A stretch of DNA of 64,000 bases from Escherichia coli (GTDB taxonomy: Bacteria; Pseudomonadota; Gammaproteobacteria; Enterobacterales; Enterobacteriaceae): the NCBI RefSeq assembly GCF_003334765.1, contig NZ_QOWT01000002.1; one strand, given 5' to 3'. Every line of letters begins with the position of its first letter. Position 1 is the first letter of the stretch. Positions 60,096-64,000 of this stretch are shown here, piece by piece. Under the pieces are notes generated by a model that had not been told where the DNA came from, made no database searches, and worked only from the letters and a program-made list of their open reading frames with translations. The position numbers were made by a program, and so were the translations under genes.

Positions 60096-60133
60096 GGTTG
60101 CCTGCGTTTTTCAGTAAGATAATTAGAGAAAAT

Positions 60134-60847
60134 ATGATTAAAAATTTGCCGCAAATAGTGTTGTTGAATATTGTCGGCCTCGCGCTGTTTCTTTCCTGGT
60201 ATATCCCCGTTAATCATGGATTCTGGTTGCCGATTGATGCGGATATTTTTTATTTCTTTAATCAGAAACTGGTCGAAAGTAAGGCCTTTTTGTGGCTGGT
60301 TGCATTGACCAACAATCGCGCCTTCGACGGTTGTTCACTGCTGGCGATGGGTATGTTGATGCTGAGTTTCTGGCTGAAAGAAAACGCCCCTGGCAGACGA
60401 CGTATCGTGATTATTGGTCTGGTCATGCTATTAACTGCAGTGGTATTAAACCAGCTGGGTCAGGCATTAATTCCTGTAAAACGGGCCAGCCCAACATTGA
60501 CTTTTACCGATATTAACCGCGTCAGCGAACTGCTCTCTGTTCCCACGAAAGATGCCTCACGAGATAGCTTTCCCGGCGATCACGGCATGATGCTGCTTAT
60601 TTTTTCGGCATTCATGTGGCGTTATTTCGGCAAAGTTGCAGGCCTTATCGCCCTTATTATTTTTGTGGTTTTTGCATTTCCCAGAGTAATGATTGGCGCA
60701 CACTGGTTTACTGACATCATTGTCGGTTCGATGACCGTGATATTGATCGGTTTGCCCTGGGTGTTGCTGACGCCATTAAGTGATCGATTAATCACCTTTT
60801 TTGACAAATCACTACCAGGAAAAAACAAACATTTCCAAAACAAATAA
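60134..60847 (+). CDS. lpxT: Lipid A 1-diphosphate synthase LpxT (PAP2 family)
   Basis: PAP2 membrane phosphatase-like ORF; start at MIKNLPQIV. Confidence 0.85.
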   Translation: MIKNLPQIVLLNIVGLALFLSWYIPVNHGFWLPIDADIFYFFNQKLVESKAFLWLVALTNNRAFDGCSLLAMGMLMLSFWLKENAPGRRRIVIIGLVMLLTAVVLNQLGQALIPVKRASPTLTFTDINRVSELLSVPTKDASRDSFPGDHGMMLLIFSAFMWRYFGKVAGLIALIIFVVFAFPRVMIGAHWFTDIIVGSMTVILIGLPWVLLTPLSDRLITFFDKSLPGKNKHFQNK

Positions 60848-61258
60848 CTCACAGTAATTAACATCATCAGGGTTATTTTTATAGTGAGGATAATCCTGAT
60901 GATGCGCACCGTGCTTTCATCTATCGAACGCAAAAATCATTCTCTAAGTAAATGAATGGATTGCATGCGTTTCACTCAATTGTACTTTAATTGACCAACC
61001 CCACTTATTAACTTTCTGTATCACTTTTTCTTATAAAAAATCATGTAAAACCGCTCGCCAAGACCGCACCAATCGGGTAATCTCGAACTCGTTTTGCCTC
61101 GGCGGTAGATTATCCTCACAGCATATAATTTTGTGCGTTAGTCCACAGATTTGGCCTTAAGGAATTGTTTCAACATGCCCAGGTAATTAGTCTCGTGTCG
61201 CTTGGCATTTTTTTATAACGATATTTGTCGTTAAGGACTTCAAGGGAAAACAAACAAC

Positions 61259-61825
61259 ATGGTCAAATCTCAACCGATTTTGAGATATATCTTGCGCGGG
61301 ATTCCCGCGATTGCAGTAGCGGTTCTGCTTTCTGCATGTAGTGCAAATAACACCGCAAAGAATATGCATCCTGAGACACGTGCAGTGGGTAGTGAAACAT
61401 CATCACTGCAAGCTTCTCAGGATGAATTTGAAAACCTGGTTCGTAATGTCGACGTAAAATCGCGAATTATGGATCAGTATGCTGACTGGAAAGGCGTACG
61501 TTATCGTCTGGGCGGCAGCACTAAAAAAGGTATCGATTGTTCTGGTTTCGTACAGCGTACATTCCGTGAGCAATTTGGCTTAGAACTTCCGCGTTCGACT
61601 TACGAACAGCAGGAAATGGGTAAATCTGTTTCCCGCAGTAATTTGCGTACGGGTGATTTAGTTCTGTTCCGTGCCGGTTCAACGGGACGCCATGTCGGTA
61701 TTTATATCGGCAACAATCAGTTTGTCCATGCTTCCACCAGCAGTGGTGTTATTATTTCCAGCATGAATGAACCGTACTGGAAGAAGCGTTACAACGAAGC
61801 ACGCCGGGTTCTCAGCCGCAGCTAA
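61259..61825 (+). CDS. mepS: Murein DD-endopeptidase MepS (Spr), NlpC/P60 lipoprotein
   Basis: 188 aa; lipobox LSAC and catalytic Cys (DCSGF). Confidence 0.95.
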
Positions 61826-61873
61826 TAAACCGTTTGGATGCAATCCCTTGGCTATCCTGACGAGTTAACTGAA

Positions 61874-61898
61874 AGCACTGCTTAGGCAGTGCTTTTTT
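61874..61898 (+). terminator. Intrinsic terminator after mepS
   Basis: AGCACTGC / GCAGTGCT stem with 4-nt loop followed by TTTTTT. Confidence 0.85.
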
Positions 61899-62005
61899 GT
61901 TTTCATTCATCAGAGAAAATGATGTTTCCGCGTCTTGATCCAGGCTATAGTCCGGTCATTGTTATCTTTTAAATGTTGTCGTAATTTCAGGAAATTAACG
62001 GAATC

Positions 62006-63562
62006 ATGTTCATACGCGCTCCCAATTTTGGACGTAAGCTCCTGCTTACCTGCATTGTTGCAGGCGTAATGATTGCGATACTGGTGAGTTGCCTTCAGTT
62101 TTTAGTGGCCTGGCATAAGCACGAAGTCAAATACGACACACTGATTACCGACGTACAAAAGTATCTCGATACCTATTTTGCCGACCTGAAATCCACTACT
62201 GACCGGCTCCAGCCGCTGACCTTAGATACCTGCCAGCAAGCTAACCCCGAACTGACCGCCCGCGCAGCGTTTAGCATGAATGTCCGAACGTTTGTGCTGG
62301 TGAAAGATAAAAAAACATTCTGTTCATCTGCGACCGGTGAGATGGACATTCCACTCAATGAATTGATTCCGGCGCTCGACATTAATAAAAACGTCGATAT
62401 GGCGATCTTACCCGGCACGCCGATGGTGCCGAACAAACCCGCAATCGTCATCTGGTATCGCAACCCTTTGCTGAAAAATAGCGGCGTCTTTGCCGCTCTG
62501 AATCTCAACCTGACGCCTTCACTCTTTTATAGTTCACGGCAGGAAGATTACGATGGCGTCGCCCTCATTATTGGCAATACTGCGCTATCTACCTTTTCTT
62601 CACGTTTGATGAACGTTAACGAATTAACCGACATGCCAGTCCGTGAAACTAAAATTGCGGGCATTCCTCTGACCGTTCGGCTTTATGCAGATGACTGGAC
62701 ATGGAACGATGTGTGGTACGCATTTTTACTGGGCGGCATGAGTGGAACTGTCGTTGGCCTGCTCTGCTATTACCTGATGAGCGTACGTATGCGCCCCGGC
62801 AGAGAAATCATGACCGCCATCAAGCGCGAACAATTTTACGTGGCGTATCAACCGGTGGTGGATACACAAGCTTTGCGAGTAACGGGCCTGGAAGTACTGC
62901 TACGCTGGCGGCATCCTGTCGCGGGAGAAATTCCCCCGGATGCCTTCATTAACTTTGCCGAATCGCAAAAGATGATTGTGCCGCTGACTCAGCACCTGTT
63001 TGAGTTAATTGCCCGCGATGCCGCAGAATTAGAAAAAGTGCTGCCGGTAGGCGTCAAATTTGGTATTAACATTGCGCCGGACCATCTGCACAGCGAAAGC
63101 TTTAAAGCAGATATCCAGAAACTGCTCACTTCCCTGCCCGCACACCATTTCCAGATTGTGCTGGAAATTACCGAGCGCGATATGTTGAAAGAGCAAGAAG
63201 CCACACAACTCTTCGCCTGGCTGCACTCGGTCGGCGTAGAAATTGCTATTGATGACTTCGGCACCGGGCACAGCGCGCTTATCTATCTTGAGCGTTTTAC
63301 GCTCGATTATCTGAAAATTGACCGTGGATTTATCAACGCCATCGGTACGGAAACGATCACTTCCCCCGTACTTGACGCGGTGCTGACGCTGGCGAAACGC
63401 CTCAATATGCTGACGGTTGCTGAAGGGGTCGAAACGCCGGAACAGGCGCGATGGCTAAGCGAACGCGGCGTTAATTTCATGCAAGGCTACTGGATTAGCC
63501 GCCCGTTACCGCTGGACGATTTTGTTCGCTGGCTAAAGAAACCGTATACGCCGCAGTGGTAA
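62006..63562 (+). CDS. rtn: EAL-domain membrane protein Rtn (PdeN), c-di-GMP phosphodiesterase family
   Basis: N-terminal TM and periplasmic region plus C-terminal EAL domain. Confidence 0.85.
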   Translation: MFIRAPNFGRKLLLTCIVAGVMIAILVSCLQFLVAWHKHEVKYDTLITDVQKYLDTYFADLKSTTDRLQPLTLDTCQQANPELTARAAFSMNVRTFVLVKDKKTFCSSATGEMDIPLNELIPALDINKNVDMAILPGTPMVPNKPAIVIWYRNPLLKNSGVFAALNLNLTPSLFYSSRQEDYDGVALIIGNTALSTFSSRLMNVNELTDMPVRETKIAGIPLTVRLYADDWTWNDVWYAFLLGGMSGTVVGLLCYYLMSVRMRPGREIMTAIKREQFYVAYQPVVDTQALRVTGLEVLLRWRHPVAGEIPPDAFINFAESQKMIVPLTQHLFELIARDAAELEKVLPVGVKFGINIAPDHLHSESFKADIQKLLTSLPAHHFQIVLEITERDMLKEQEATQLFAWLHSVGVEIAIDDFGTGHSALIYLERFTLDYLKIDRGFINAIGTETITSPVLDAVLTLAKRLNMLTVAEGVETPEQARWLSERGVNFMQGYWISRPLPLDDFVRWLKKPYTPQW

Positions 63563-63643
63563 GGTGTGCTTACGTCCCTTATTATTCATAGTGAAAGCAT
63601 GCCGGATTGCGGCTAATGATGAGTAAAAGGAAATCCGTTGCAG

Positions 63644-64000
63644 ATGATTGTGCGCATACTGCTGCTGTTTATCGCTCTGTTCACCTTTGGTGTGCAGGCG
63701 CAGGCTATCAAGGAAAGCTATGCCTTTGCCGTGCTGGGCGAACCCCGGTACGCGTTTAATTTCAACCATTTTGATTATGTGAACCCCGCCGCGCCAAAAG
63801 GTGGGCAGATAACGTTGTCAGCCCTCGGCACCTTCGATAATTTCAACCGCTATGCACTGCGCGGCAACCCGGGCGCACGCACCGAGCAGCTGTACGACAC
63901 GCTATTTACGACTTCCGATGACGAACCAGGCAGTTATTACCCGCTGATTGCTGAAAGCGCACGCTATGCTGACGATTATTCCTGGGTGGAGGTCGCTATT
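63644..64000 (+). CDS. yejA: Periplasmic ABC substrate-binding protein YejA, N-terminal fragment
   Basis: Signal peptide MIVRILLLFIALFTFGVQAQA; ORF open to the window end. Confidence 0.75.
   Translation, partial: MIVRILLLFIALFTFGVQAQAIKESYAFAVLGEPRYAFNFNHFDYVNPAAPKGGQITLSALGTFDNFNRYALRGNPGARTEQLYDTLFTTSDDEPGSYYPLIAESARYADDYSWVEVAI

Overview
This window reads as an ordinary, densely coding stretch of Escherichia coli core chromosome with K-12-like gene order, running from the 3-prime end of yehP to the 5-prime end of yejA. I assign 59 protein-coding genes by recognising the translated ORFs, plus REP/BIME repeats, several classical operator sites and some intrinsic terminators. I found no rRNA, tRNA, CRISPR array, IS element, integrase or prophage gene, and no obvious horizontally acquired island, so I cannot point to a clear novel system. 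The best candidates for under-explored biology are the yehP-yehQ VWA/SWIM zinc-finger pair, the paired nucleoside-catabolic modules around yeiL, and a few unexplained intergenic structures. CDS coordinates come from the supplied ORF track, with start codons re-chosen where the longest ORF clearly over-extends. Short motif coordinates were read by eye and may be off by 1-2 nt. Gene names are from memory of protein sequences; no database search was run.
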